Of a stretch of DNA of 64,000 nt, positions 43,435-56,200 are shown piece after piece; within the stretch, counting starts at the first letter, position 1; every line of letters begins with the position of its first letter. Source of the DNA: Eledone cirrhosa (Eukaryota); NCBI GenBank assembly GCA_964016885.1, contig OZ024743.1:207886001-207950000 (forward strand). Reading direction: 5' to 3'. Both the position numbers and the translations under genes were made by a program. A model generated the notes under the pieces. It was not told where the DNA came from. It saw nothing but the letters and a program-made list of their open reading frames with translations, and searched no databases.

Positions 43435-44080
43435 TAAATAACTAGACCTGAAAAATGCACAAGCTCAAAAGGGCCACAGAATGTTATAATAAACCTTCAA
43501 AAGTGTGGGACTAGAGCTGTTGCTCAAAAATATTGTAATCATTATCTATTGGATTGGCAGTATTGGTAGAGTGTCGGATGCCATGCTTTGGCGCATAGAG
43601 TTACGGCCCTTGCCATTCTGAGTTCAAATCCCGCCGATGTTAACTTTGCCTTTCATCCTTACGGGGGTCGATAAAATAAAGTACCAGTAATACACTGGCT
43701 AATTGCTGGCCTTGTGTCTAACGTAGAAACAATTATCTATTGTACACTCTGCGGCATCCTTTTATAAAAAAGAGACTCATAACGAACTCAAGACGACACG
43801 ATAATTATTTAAGCTAATGTTCAATATCTCATATTAGATGTTTAGTAATGATTAATTGAAATGCACTTAAACCGAATTCTATATTATAAATTCACTTAAA
43901 TAATTATCGCGTCGTCTTGAGTTCGTTATGAGTCTCTTTTTTATAAAAGGATGCCACAGAGTGTACGATAGATAATGATTACAATATTTTTGAGCAACAA
44001 CTCTAGTCCCACACTTTTGAAGGTTTATTATAACATTCTGTGGCACTTTTGAGCTTGCGCATTTTTCAGGTCTAGTTTAA
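43435..44080. repeat. Fold-back (~190-bp arms, ~80-bp spacer) with SINE-B inserted in the left arm
   Basis: 43435-43813 minus the SINE is approximately the reverse complement of 43896-44080. SINE at 43552-43731 with TSD attatctattg. Confidence 0.88.
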
Positions 44081-44729
44081 TATGTTTTTAAGGCAACACT
44101 TGTAATAACTCTAGTTAAACATGATATATATTAATAATAAATTATCGTTGTAATGTAATTAGATTATATAATTGTTATTTTATAAATGATCTTATAAATA
44201 TTATTGTAAGATGTATAAAAATATTTTCAGACTTTTAATATAAACTACTACAAAAAACAATCAATATTAAATAAATATATTTTACATAATAATTGTTATA
44301 GTTGAATTAATAAAAATTAAATATTACATACAAATAGTCTAACATAAAAAAAATAATCTAACATAATAATAATAAAATAATCTAACATAAAACGAACAAT
44401 AATATGGACAAATATACAAGTAAATATGATACAACTAATATTATAAGCATGTTATAACGAACTGAAAAAAAAATAGTTATAAATTTAAAAAATCATATAT
44501 AAATTAACAATATAACTTACCAAAACTAGAAAAATATTTTGATGATAAACGACGAAATACAGGAGGAAGATTCAAAAGCAAAACGATAAATAAACGTGCA
44601 AACAAAGTGGTGGATGCTTTTGAGCAACAATTACTCTCATTGGTTGATTAGCCAATAAGATGCATTACAAAAGATGTTTGGCAGGGATCACCACGGCCAG
44701 CGAAACCCCTTGAATTTTTTATTCACAAG

Positions 44730-45036
44730 CTACGCATATATGACCACTTCCTCTTTGTACCAGTCTCCATCGAGACTTCTGGTGTACTTGGTCCCCACAA
44801 AGAAGAGGAAGATAGATAAATACCAGGGCCTGACCAACCACTTCCTCTTTGTACCGGTCCCTGTCGAGAACTCTGGTGTCTGTGGTTCCTGCTCTACTGA
44901 TTTCCTCCATAAAGTCAAAAAGACAGTAGACAGCATGAGGAAGGAGCCCTGTGATGTAAGGTGGCTGTTGCAGTGGGTGTCTCTGGACATTCTCCGTGGT
45001 AACATCTTTGCCATTTTGTTCGCTGGGCGTGGCTGA
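44730..45036 (+). mobile_element. CRE-type RLE 3' fragment
   Basis: 'KRKIDKYQGLTNHFLFVPVPVENSGVCG....FL......EP.DVRWLLQWVSLDILRGN..AIL'. Local duplication of the FLFVPV..ETSGV segment. Confidence 0.8.
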
Positions 45037-46689
45037 GGTACCACTCAAATTGGGGTTTAATGTCTGTCTTTCCCCATCTCCCTTTCTTGATCTTTTTTTT
45101 TCCCCTTTTCATTTTTTTTCTTTCTTTTCTGTTCTCTTTAATAGTGTGTTTTGTTTTTATTAGATACTGCTGAATTATTTTTATATAATGTCAATGGATT
45201 TTAAAAAAAAAATAATAATGATTTCTACTATAGGCACAAAGCCAGCAATTTTGCAGGGTGGGGGTCGATTTAATAAGGATGGAAGGCAAAGCTAACAACG
45301 TAATACAACCAGCTACCATACTATTTCTTTGAAGAAGGGTCCTACGACAAAACACGAGAACCCACCTCCCTTCTTACGGGACATAAAGTATTTTATATAT
45401 ATTGTTAGGGAGTTTGCTAGCTTATTACAGGGTTATGTGTGTTTGTACGGGCTTTTCTCTTTTTTTATATCTCCTTTTTTAAGGAATGTTGAGTGTTGTA
45501 CACAAGAGAGGGAGAGAGAGAGAAAGGATTGAGAGAATAAAGAAATGGAAAGAGAGGGGGAGAAAGGTGAGAGAGTGAGGGAGAAAGTGGGGTTGGGTAA
45601 AAGAGAGGAAGAGATAAGAAGAAATATGTGATAATGTGATGTAAATCATAAATGAAATAAACAATATATTTTCGATATAAATGTTTGTTTTACACACTAC
45701 TAACCTTATCATTTCACTAGACAAGATCAAGATAAAGTTTAATTTCTTCAGTCAATGACATTTCTAGTCACAAACCATTCTGATTATATCAAAAGACAAA
45801 GTACAGAGAATCTAGTTTTAATTTGGGTCATATTTCTCTTGTACCCTGTTTCCCCTGTTATAAGACAGATCTTATATCATTTTCCCTAAAAGAAAAAAAG
45901 GGTGTTTGGGCTTTTTTTTGTCAGGGTAGGGCTTATATTTTTACACAACAAATAACAGCAGGAGAGTTTTGATAAAAGTATCATTATATTATATTTACGA
46001 AGAGAAGAAACTTTTGTTTATAAATAACATTACAAATTGTTCACAATTCTTTCAGAATCAAAATAAAAACATATAATAAATACAATTAACTATTTCTAGG
46101 AACCTCACAAATATATGATAAAAGCGAGAGAAAGAAAAAAAAAGAAAAAAAAGGTTGGAGGGCAAAAACAAAAACAACCTTCAATTCATCAATAAGTGCA
46201 ACAATAGTTAATTGTATTGGCAGTAATTGGTAGAGCATCGGGCAACATGCTTTGCAGCAGATAGTTATGCCCCTCTACATTCTGAATTCAAATCCCGCTG
46301 AGATTAGCTTTGCCTTTCATCCTTACGGGATCGATAAAAGAAAGTACCAGTAATGCACTGGGGTTCATTTGATCGACTTTCCCCTCCCGCCAAAATTGTT
46401 GACCTAAATCAGAACCATTATATATGTTTAAATATATATATATGAGTTCAAATCCCGCCAAAGTTAACTTTGCCTTTCATCCTTACGGGGTCGATAAAAT
46501 GAAGTACCAGTAATGCACTGGGTAATTGCTGGCCTTGTGCCAAAAGTAGAAACAATTATATATGTTTATATTTTAATTCTGAAAGAATTGTGAAGTTTTG
46601 TAACATTATTTATGTTCTGAGTTTAAATTACTCCAACATTGACATTACTTTTTATCTAATTATGATTTCTAACAATGGCATAAGGCCAT

Positions 46690-47499
46690 CAATTTGAAGA
46701 GAAGACAAGGTTGGTTACTTACAGAAAATGCTCAAGGAAACTCTCTGACAAAGGCAAAGAAACTTCTGAACAAAGTGAAACATCCTGTTGAACCAGGAAC
46801 AATCTGGTTCTTCTCTGATGAAAAGAATTTTTGTCAGGACCAGGTGCACAACACCCAGAACAACATGACTTGCCTACCATCCATATGACATTTCTCGTCA
46901 TGAAGACCAAGTTTTCTCAAACTGTAATGGTTTTTAGATGTGTCTTCAGTGAGGGTGATGTCATGCCACGTCATATCTTTGAACAGGGTCTCAGACTCAA
47001 TTCGACTGGTTATATTGAGTTGCTGATTGCCTTCGTTGGAGAGGGTGGCTTCTGGAAGGCCATATGTGTGGCAGTAAGATTTAGCTCCTTGCCACACCTC
47101 TGTGAAGACTGAGAAGTGGTTGTCAGAGAATTTTTACAACTTCAGCCCCAACGTTTGGCCCCTTATCTCCCCTGTTTGCAATCCTATGGATTATGTATGG
47201 GGCACGGTTGAAAAAGACACCAACCGCACAGCTTCAACACCAAGACCTAGCTGATCGACAGGATTAAGAAGGTGTTTAAGGCTCTCCCTAGGGACACCAT
47301 GAAGACTGCATGTGCCAGATTCTGGAGCCGGATAAAGGTCATGGTTGATGCTAAGGATAGCTTCTTTGAGTGAATTTTTTCTTTTGACTGCTTTAATCTT
47401 TTTGCCACATTCTATTTTTCCAATAAATTTATTTTTGACTGAGATATTCACTTTATTTCCCTTTAAAAAAAACCTGTCAAATTTAGCCCAAACACCCTA
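46690..47499 (+). mobile_element. maT/DD37D-like transposon, 3' two-thirds, pseudogenised
   Basis: 'KAKKLLNKVKHP....WFFSDEKNFCQDQ..N.QN', 'W..D.APCH', 'WP..SP..NPMDY.WG.VE'. Right end ...tttagcccaaacacccta|ta. Confidence 0.85.
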
Positions 47500-47924
47500 T
47501 ATATACTTGAATATAATATGTTGGAAAAATAGACAAAAATCCTAACCTCATTTATAAGCCAAGGCAGGTAATCAACACATTGTTTAAATGGTGTGGTTTT
47601 GAAATTCTCATGAATTTTTAATGTTTGATATTTAAAATGTTTTAAGTGTTGTTTAGAATATAGTTTTTGCCTCACGACCCCATTACATAATGATTTTTTA
47701 CCAATTTCTGACTGTTTTGAAGGTCATATTCATTCAAAACATGGAAAACAATTGCTTTGATTCTAAATTTTTGTGAGTTATATTTATAATGTTCCATGAA
47801 TTCTATTTTTATGTGAAATATCATGATTATAATATCTTTCTAAGGAATTCTTGTTATTATAAATGTGAACAAAATAAAACATTTTTTACACAAAAAAAAG
47901 GAAATAACGAATTTCATGTTGAAA

Positions 47925-48090
47925 GTGAAACTGGTTTAATATTCACCTCCAAAGTGAGACCAGTGTAATATTCACCTCCAAAGTGAGACCGATGTAATAT
48001 TCACCTCCAAAGTTTAAGACCTCATTTAACACCTCAAAGTTTAACAACTCATTAAAATTCACCTCCATATTTTAACACCTCATTTAAGTA
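47925..48090. repeat. ~28-bp tandem repeat (aatattcacctccaaagtgagacc)
   Basis: Three clear copies plus decayed ones. Confidence 0.7.
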
Positions 48091-49254
48091 GAGTTTTGAA
48101 GTTGGTGAAAAATCAACAAAATATTAACCTCAATATATGTCGACCCCTCTATTTTACCATTTACTTCAGGTCTTTACATTCTGAGTTCAAACCCCACCAA
48201 GGTTAATTTTGCCTTTAACCCTTCCATGTCTATAACATAAATTATCTGTTAAATACATCTATTTGGATTAGAGACAATTATTTTCCTATTTGCAAGTAAA
48301 GAGTACATTTTTTCCAGATCAATATATTTTGTTTTTATTGTTTATCTATTTATTAATTTATTTATTTCCTGGCCAATCACTTAACTTTATCTCAGATTTC
48401 AGCCCCACCAACAGCGTTCTCTGAAGTTACAATATATTTTATTATCAGTTTTCTAGTTTGCAGTCTATCCATATGTTTATGAATGTATTTTTGTTGGTGA
48501 ATTGTGGCTGTGGAAACAGGATGTGATAAACATTAGAATAAAGTATGGCTGAACTCCATTTTAATGAAATAAATACCATATGTTTAAATGACGACAATAT
48601 ACTCACTATCTTTATGAATAATGCAGAAAATCTGATATAAAAACAAATTCTGTAAGAGTGACTTCCTAAAACAATCATCATCACCATCATTATTATAATC
48701 ACCACCATCATCATCACCATCATCATTTTAATCATCATTATCATGTTAATCGCCATCATCACCATCATTATCTTTGTTTTTATGTCTGCTATACCATGCT
48801 GTCAAAAGCTGGACGAGATAGTAGCTGGATGTAATAGCATTTTACAGCTGGATGTCCTTCCTAATGCCAACCCATACCTATTTTAAAGTGCTGTACTGAT
48901 TGAACTGCTAAACTATGAGTCCTTAACCATCTGCACCAGTATTTTTTACTGGTGTCTATATGATCTCAAAATTTAGATCGACTGATCTTATTGGAGTTAT
49001 CTTCCATCTTTTTGAGAGTTTAGTGAAAGTTTACTTTCTATAGGTCAGTATACAAAATTTTGTTTAATAAAAAGTATCAATATTTTACAAGCCTGAAGTG
49101 CCCCGGACCCCTGAAGGTCTAAATCGAGCCCTGCCAAGCTAGACTACTTCTGTTTAATATGTTTTGACTGAAATGTTACCCTTTTTATTAGAAGTATCAG
49201 TGTTTTCAAGATTGTTACAGTCTTGAACACTTATTTCATTCACTTGAATCCATC

Positions 49255-49660
49255 TACAATGAGGACCTGCATGCATCAGATAGCTCAGATATTGAATATG
49301 TGAGTGATTTCAAGTATCTAGATGGTTACACTGACTCTGGTCATAACATGGATGTCAGGATTGTTCAGTTGAGGAGTGGGCTTCACTCTCTACAGAAGTT
49401 GTGGAAGGCAGCCATCCACAGGGACAGAAAAACAAGAGTGTTTCTGGCCTTTTTAGAAATAATCCTTCTATACTGTTCAAAGTCATGGATGTTGAATAAT
49501 GTTCATCATAAGAGCCTTGATGGTACATAAACCAGAATGTTAAGTTTAGCATATAACATCTGGAGATATCATCCAACAAACAAGTCTTTATATAGATCCC
49601 TGCTTCACATCTCTGATGTTGTGAAGTGTTGTCATCTGGCCCTTGCTGGTCATGTCACTC
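49255..49660 (+). mobile_element. Degraded RTE-group LINE fragment
   Basis: 'DFKYL...ILLYCSKSW.L.....LDGT...ML..AYNI...HPTNKSLY...ISDVV...LALAGHV'. Confidence 0.78.
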
Positions 49661-50317
49661 TGGACCTTGCTGGTTATGTCACTCTGGCCCCTGCTGGTCA
49701 TATCACTCTGGCCCCTGCTGGTTATGTCACTCTGGCCCTTGCTGGTTATGTCACTCTGGCCCTTGCTAGTCATGTCACTCTGGCCCTTGCTAGTCATGTC
49801 ACTCTGGCCCCTGCTGGTCATGTCACTCTGGTCCTCCCCCCCCCATATGACTCTGGCCTTTGCTCATCTTCTCACTCTGGCCCTTGCTGGTCATATCACT
49901 CTGGCCCTTGCTGGTCATGTCACTCTGGCCCTTGCTGGTTATGTTACTCTGGCCCTTGCTAGTCATGTCATTCTGGCCACTGCTGGTCATGTCACTCTGG
50001 CCCCTTCTGGTCATATCACTCTGGCCACTGCTGGTCATGTCACTCTAGCCCTTGCCCCCATGTCACTCTGGCTCCTGCTGGTCATGTCACTCTGGTCCTT
50101 CCCCCCCCCCCCCCCATATGACTCTGGCCTTTGCTCATCTTCTCACTCTGGCCCTTGCTGGTCATATCACTCTGGCCCTTGCTGGTCATATCACTCTGGC
50201 CCTTGCTGGTCTTGTCAGTCTGGCCCCTGCTGGTCTTGTCAGTCTGGCCCCTGCTGGTCTTGTCAGTCTGGCCCTTGCTGGTCTTGTTAGTCTGGCCCTT
50301 GCTGGCCATATTACTCT
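49636..50317. repeat. 24-bp minisatellite (ctggcccttgctggtcatgtcact), roughly 25-28 units
   Basis: Direct reading. A higher-order duplication block occurs at ~49820-49930 and ~50083-50200. Confidence 0.95.
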
Positions 50318-50429
50318 TGTTTTTGTTCACTGTTGAGAGTTTCAAGGAATAGCTTTGATTCTATTACAAATGGTTAGTTTAGATACCCCCCCCCCACACA
50401 CACACACACTCACACACTCACATAATAAT

Positions 50430-51412
50430 AATAAATACAAAACAGAAACCAAACTAACAGAACAGATAGCTGTGAGAAAGGTGAAAACAAACAAGAAACA
50501 GCAGAAATTGTAAAAAACTTAAAATCCAAACTGAAAACAAACCTCCAGAATGCCATGTTAAAAAGATGGTAAGAAAATCCCTTACATGGCCAATACTTGA
50601 AAAAGTTGAATAGATAGGAAGTAGACAAAGAAAACACATACAACTGGCTACGAAACACTGGACTGAAAGCTGAGACAGAGGTTTCTGGTTGCAGCACAAG
50701 ACCAAAGCTTCCCAACCAGGAATCCCCTGAAATACATAATGAAATAGAACATAATGAGTAAATAAATGCAGATGATGTGGGGAAGTGGAGAAGAAACCAT
50801 TAGCCACATTATCTCAGGCTTCCCAGTCTTAGCCAAAAATGTACATACACAGACATGATAGTGTTGGCTTAATTTCCAATGTTTGTACTCTATGACATAT
50901 CTACAGACAAAAGATGGTACAAACACACACCAGAAAAGGTATCAGAGAATGACAAAGCAAACATTCTCTGGGATATGTCAATACATACAGAGAGGGAGAT
51001 CAAAGCCAACCAACCAGACATTTTTTTTTTTTGTAGTCTTTGATATCTTTTAATTGATGTATCATAGTCAATCCCTACAGACGACAACATATCTTCCAAG
51101 GCAATGGAAAAATTCTCCAAATATAAAGATCTAGAGATAGAAATAACTCAAATGTGGATGTTGAAGACAAACAATATCTATAATAATAGGTGCTCTGGGA
51201 ATGATAAAAAAAAACACAAACAAATACATAGCTAAAACCCCAGGACTTACAAATATATACAACATAAAAAAGATAGTACTATTAGGCGCTGCACACATAT
51301 TACAAAGAGTACTCGCAATACAATGGAACAAACATCACCAAAAAAAACCACACTGCACATACCCAATGCGCTGCATTTGGTAAGGCAATGATAACGTGCA
51401 AAACAATAATAA
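50430..51412 (+). mobile_element. R4/Dong-like RLE non-LTR retrotransposon 3' fragment, pseudogenised
   Basis: Frameshifted 'LHGQY..VDKE..YNWL...LKAETE...AAQDQ', 'CR.CG..EETISHIISG', 'RHD', 'WY.HTPE.V.EN...ILWD..I.T...I.AN.PDI', 'EK..KY.DL..EI...W', 'GALG'. (AAT)n tail. Confidence 0.82.
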
Positions 51413-51536
51413 TATTTTTTAAAAGGACCAAATTTTCCAAAATATTCACTACCATGGAATGCCAAAAGGAACATTTTTTTATGTTTGTATATGTATGTAT
51501 GTATGTGTGTATGTATGTATTCATATATATATATAT

Positions 51537-52063
51537 GGTCGGGTCGTTGGCGACTAAACTGGCAACCCCACCAAGGTTTCTTGGTGAGGAGGGTGACTTT
51601 GGACATCCTGCAGGACTAAAAACAAAACCTGTCAAAGGGCAAAGGACTTCTTAAGAGTCAATGGCCATCCAAAATCACCGGGAGAGATGACCCCTTAGCC
51701 TTTGTCAAGGCAGAATTCTAGAAGGAAAACTCTGATATAACACCTGCAACTCTGATGGTATCTAATGATGTTGACTTGTTCTTCTTTTTGGTAAATATCA
51801 TCTTGGTTAAGAGAGTGGGACTGGCTTTGTGCAGTGCCTTTGCTCACTATAAAAGCTTCACGGCACATCTGGAGATCTCTCTGCACTTGTCGTCACATGG
51901 TATCATGGGCCTAGCACTATGTGTCAATAATTGTCACAGGTGTAGTGTTTGTACCAGTTTTCAAGTCGCTGGCTCGACTAAAGTCATTTGTTCAGCGCAT
52001 CGGTAGGAGTTCTTCTACATGGATATAAAGTAGTGGCTGTACTCGAAAACGAGTTGGCAGCCA

Positions 52064-52065
<2 letters not shown>
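51537..52065 (+). mobile_element. Unclassified ~530-bp interspersed element inserted in (TA)n
   Basis: Second, truncated inverted copy at 17059-17459. Structured 5' end (caccaag-gttt-cttggtg hairpin). No credible ORF. Confidence 0.7.
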
Positions 52066-52116
<51 letters not shown>

Positions 52117-53234
52117 CATATGTATGCATGTATGTATATATGTGTGTGTGTGTGCATATGTATGCATGTATGTATATATGTGTATGTGTATGTGTGTGCA
52201 TATGTATGCGTGCATGTCTATGTGTGTGTGTGTGTGTGCATATGTATCTATATATGTATTTATATTTGTGTGTAGCTGTGTATATATGTATGCATGCACA
52301 TGTGTAGCTGTGTATGTACATATGTGTGTAGTTGTGTATGTATACATGCCTACATGTATGTATGTGGTGGTGGTGAAGATGAAACTATCCAGCAAAAATA
52401 CACACACGCACACATTCAACCTAGACACGCATTTCTAGTTTGAACGTATGTGTATGTGTCTGTGTATGTGAGTGTGTACGTTTGTGTGAGTGTGTGTCTG
52501 CACTTGTGTATGTATGTGTATATGTAAGTATGTGTATGTATAATATATATCCCACCCTTGCAAGCAGGGAAAAGCGGACATAAAATGATGATAATGATGA
52601 TACACACATATACATATAAAGTATATATGTGTGTGTGTATGTATATGTAGAGTATCAAATGTGTATTTCTTTAATTATACAATGATGTATAAATTAAATT
52701 ATCTGGAATTTGATTAGATTCACGAGAAAACATCATGTTTGGATTTGTTTATATGTTGTGTATGTATACACACAGATGTATACACATATATACATGCATA
52801 TAGATTGGATTTGTTGGTATATATGTATATACATGTATACACATGTATATATGTAAATACATGTATATACACATGTATAAACATATATACACATGTATAT
52901 ATATATGTTTATACATGTGTGTATATATATATATATACACACATGTATATACATATATATGCTTGTCTTTCACCATCCTCATTAATATTTGTTTGTTTCC
53001 TAAATTTGAAATATGAGAATTTCTGGAAGTAAATGATGGGGAATTAACTGGATAAATGGTGGATTGAAGAGTTACCATTGGATAATAGGTTTGGTTGTGG
53101 TTTGGATGTAGTTGTGGTTTGGATGTGGTTATGGTTTGATCTGGTTGTGGTTGTGGTTTGATCTGGTTTGGTTTGGTCTGGTTGTGGTTTTGTAGCTTGG
53201 ATTGGTTGTAGTTTGGTTTTGTCTTAACACATAT

Positions 53235-56200
53235 AATCTTGCATAAATGACAAAATGGTCAAGCATTTGCTGGAGGCTGGCTTACACATCATCTCCAAAA
53301 CAAAGTGTATGACAACTGATAAAAACAATGCCAATGTTAAGGAGTTTGTATATCCTGGTCACAAACTATCATCAAACAACAATGGAATGGTTGCTGCGCA
53401 GTATCACATCGCTCTAGGTTGGGCAGCTTTCAACAAGAACAAGGATAATAATAATAATAATAATAATAAAGAAATTATTGTGTACAGTGCTCAGGTGCAC
53501 TACAACTCATCAAAGGTGCATGTATAGTATATAGAATAATGTACAAATGTCAGGAAAATGAACAGTGTACGAATCATGAAATACATGTGTGCATGTATAT
53601 GGAGGGGGAATATCAGGTATAGTGTTGGTGAATCTCAGGAACCATGGAGGTTTTAAAGGATGCAGTGTCTCGACAGCTAATAACTAATGCAGGTAGTTTA
53701 TCCCATGCTTCATCAACTCTGAGCGTGAAAAAATGTTTCCAAAAGTCATGGGAGCTGTGCTGTTTTCTGACTTTGTTGGCATGCCCACGTGTGTTAGGCA
53801 CATGGAAATCAAAAAGGTGCTCAGGGTTGTTGTTGGCAAGATGATTAATAATTTTGTGGGTGTTTACCAAGTCAGTTGCCAGACGTTGGAGCTTCAATGT
53901 ATCCATGCCCAGGGAATCAAGGCGTTCAGAATATGTTAGATGCCTGATGGAGGGTATTTTCTTGGTTGCACGTCTCTGAACAGTTTCCAGGCAGTCAATG
54001 TTCTGAACAAGATAGGGGTTCCAGACTGGTGATGCAAATTCTAAGTGTGGCCGCACCATAGCTATATACAGCTTTAAATAGATAGCTGGAGAGCAGCTGA
54101 CTAAAGTCTTGCTGAGTGATGCTTAGACACTCTCGGCCTTCTTGACAATTTTAAAGATGTGCTTCATCCAACGCAAATCGCTGCTGACAGTAATGCCCAG
54201 GTTACGTTCACAAGAAGACTTCTTGATATTAGTGTTGTGGAGGGAGTATGTGGACGCTGGGTTTTTACTCCCAAAATGCATGGTGGTACACTTGTCCACA
54301 GCCTACTTGAGTTGCTAATCTGTGATCCATTGTTGCATTGTATCCAGTTCTGATTGCAGGAAAGATCTATAATGTTCAGGATCTGTCCTTGTTATCTCAA
54401 GGTACAGTTTGATGCCATCTGCATATTTCAGTACTGTGGCATTCTTTAAGTTGGCATCTATGTCATTAATATATGCCACAAACAAAAGGGGGCCAAGAAC
54501 AGATCACTATGGTACACCAGATGACATCTCATATATTGTGAGGAATGCTGTCCTAGAACCGTCACTACCCCTCTTCGACTGAGAATGAAGGACTTCAACC
54601 AGTTAAAAAGATCATCCTTCACACCCATTGCAGAGAGTTTTGCCATAAGTGTTTTGTGTGGCACAGAATTGAAAGCTTTAGCAAAGTCAAGGTAAACAAC
54701 ATCCACCCATGAGCCGCCATCAGTGATCTGGGTGATGTCTTCAAGAAACTCAATAAGTTGATCACAGCAGCTGGAGTTAGGGATAAATCCAAATTGCGAG
54801 GGCTGGATAAGACTGTAAGAGTTCCAGAAGTTCCAAAGTGTCTCTCTGACATGGGATTCCATCAGTTTGGCAACACAGCTAGTAAGACTGACTAGACGAT
54901 AGTTCACAGGTGATATGCAGTCACCCTTTTTGAACAGAGGAATGACACTGGCAGTTTTCCACTGCTCTGGAGTAGAACCGTTGTTTAGAGAAGAATTGGA
55001 AGAAGGGTGATAGCTGGTGCAGAAGTAAGTACCCACCACGTTTGAGAAGCAGGTACGTAACACCATCAAGACCAGGAGAGGCATGGTTGCATTTATTTTT
55101 AAGGTGACGTTGCAGCATTGCAGGTGTAAATTCCATAGTTGTAATAGAATTCGATGTCAGAGGTGGTGGAGACGGTACACTCTGGTCTTCAACTGGAAAT
55201 GTCTGCATAACATTCAGCAATGAGTTCTGTGTGCATTCCTTGGGGTCGTCAGTAACTTGGCTTGTGTGGGGATTGCAAAGAGGACCAACTGGAGAATGAG
55301 GCGTCTGCTTTGAGTGAACATAAACATACTTCCAGAACACCTAACTGTCAGGGTTGGTTGCTATGCGCTGCTCAAATTCAAGCACTGCCTTTTTTTGTCA
55401 CCTGCTTGAGATGGTTGGATGATTTATTTCGCTTTTTCCTATTGATATCTGATTTATGCAGTTTGTACTCACGTTCAGCATTACAACGTTCTTTCCTAGC
55501 AAGACGGACTTTTGCAGTCTCCCAAATTGCACTTTTGGGATGTTTTTTCTGCTTACGTGGCACCGATGCTGTACATGCTGTCCATATTGAGTTCAAGATG
55601 TTCTGGAGTACAATATTAACATCTCCAGAGTCGTAAAACTCAAGCCAGTTTGGACGTTGCAACTCGGTGCAGTAATAGTTCCAGTCAAAGTGAGCAGTTT
55701 GGAGATGGTTGTGGTTTTTGTTACTGCCCATGAGGGACAGATTGGCAATGATCATAGCATGATCAGAGTCACCTAAAGGTTTCTCAGTAGTAACACTAAT
55801 AACTGTTTCAGGAGTAGTGGTGAAGAGTAGATCCAAAGTGTTGTCACCTCTTGTTGGGGAGGTGATTACTTGGGACCAGTTCGAGTCCAGCACTAGCTCA
55901 AGGAAATCATTTGCACTTTGCGGCCAACGAAAGGTTTCCCAGTCAATCTCAGGGTGATTGAAATCCCCTGCAATAAAAACATGAGTGGCTGTTTTCCTGA
56001 CAGTAGCTCTGAGGATATCACAAAGTTGAGTGTCCTGATGGTAATTTTGGGGACAGTAAACGACTCCAAGTAGCAGTGTTGACATGGTCATACGTATATC
56101 ACAGAAAAATACTTCTTGCTGCGATTGGTTCAAATCAACACAAGGAATTGCTGAAAAATTTGACCGAACATAGACCATTACACAACCACCATGACGATTA

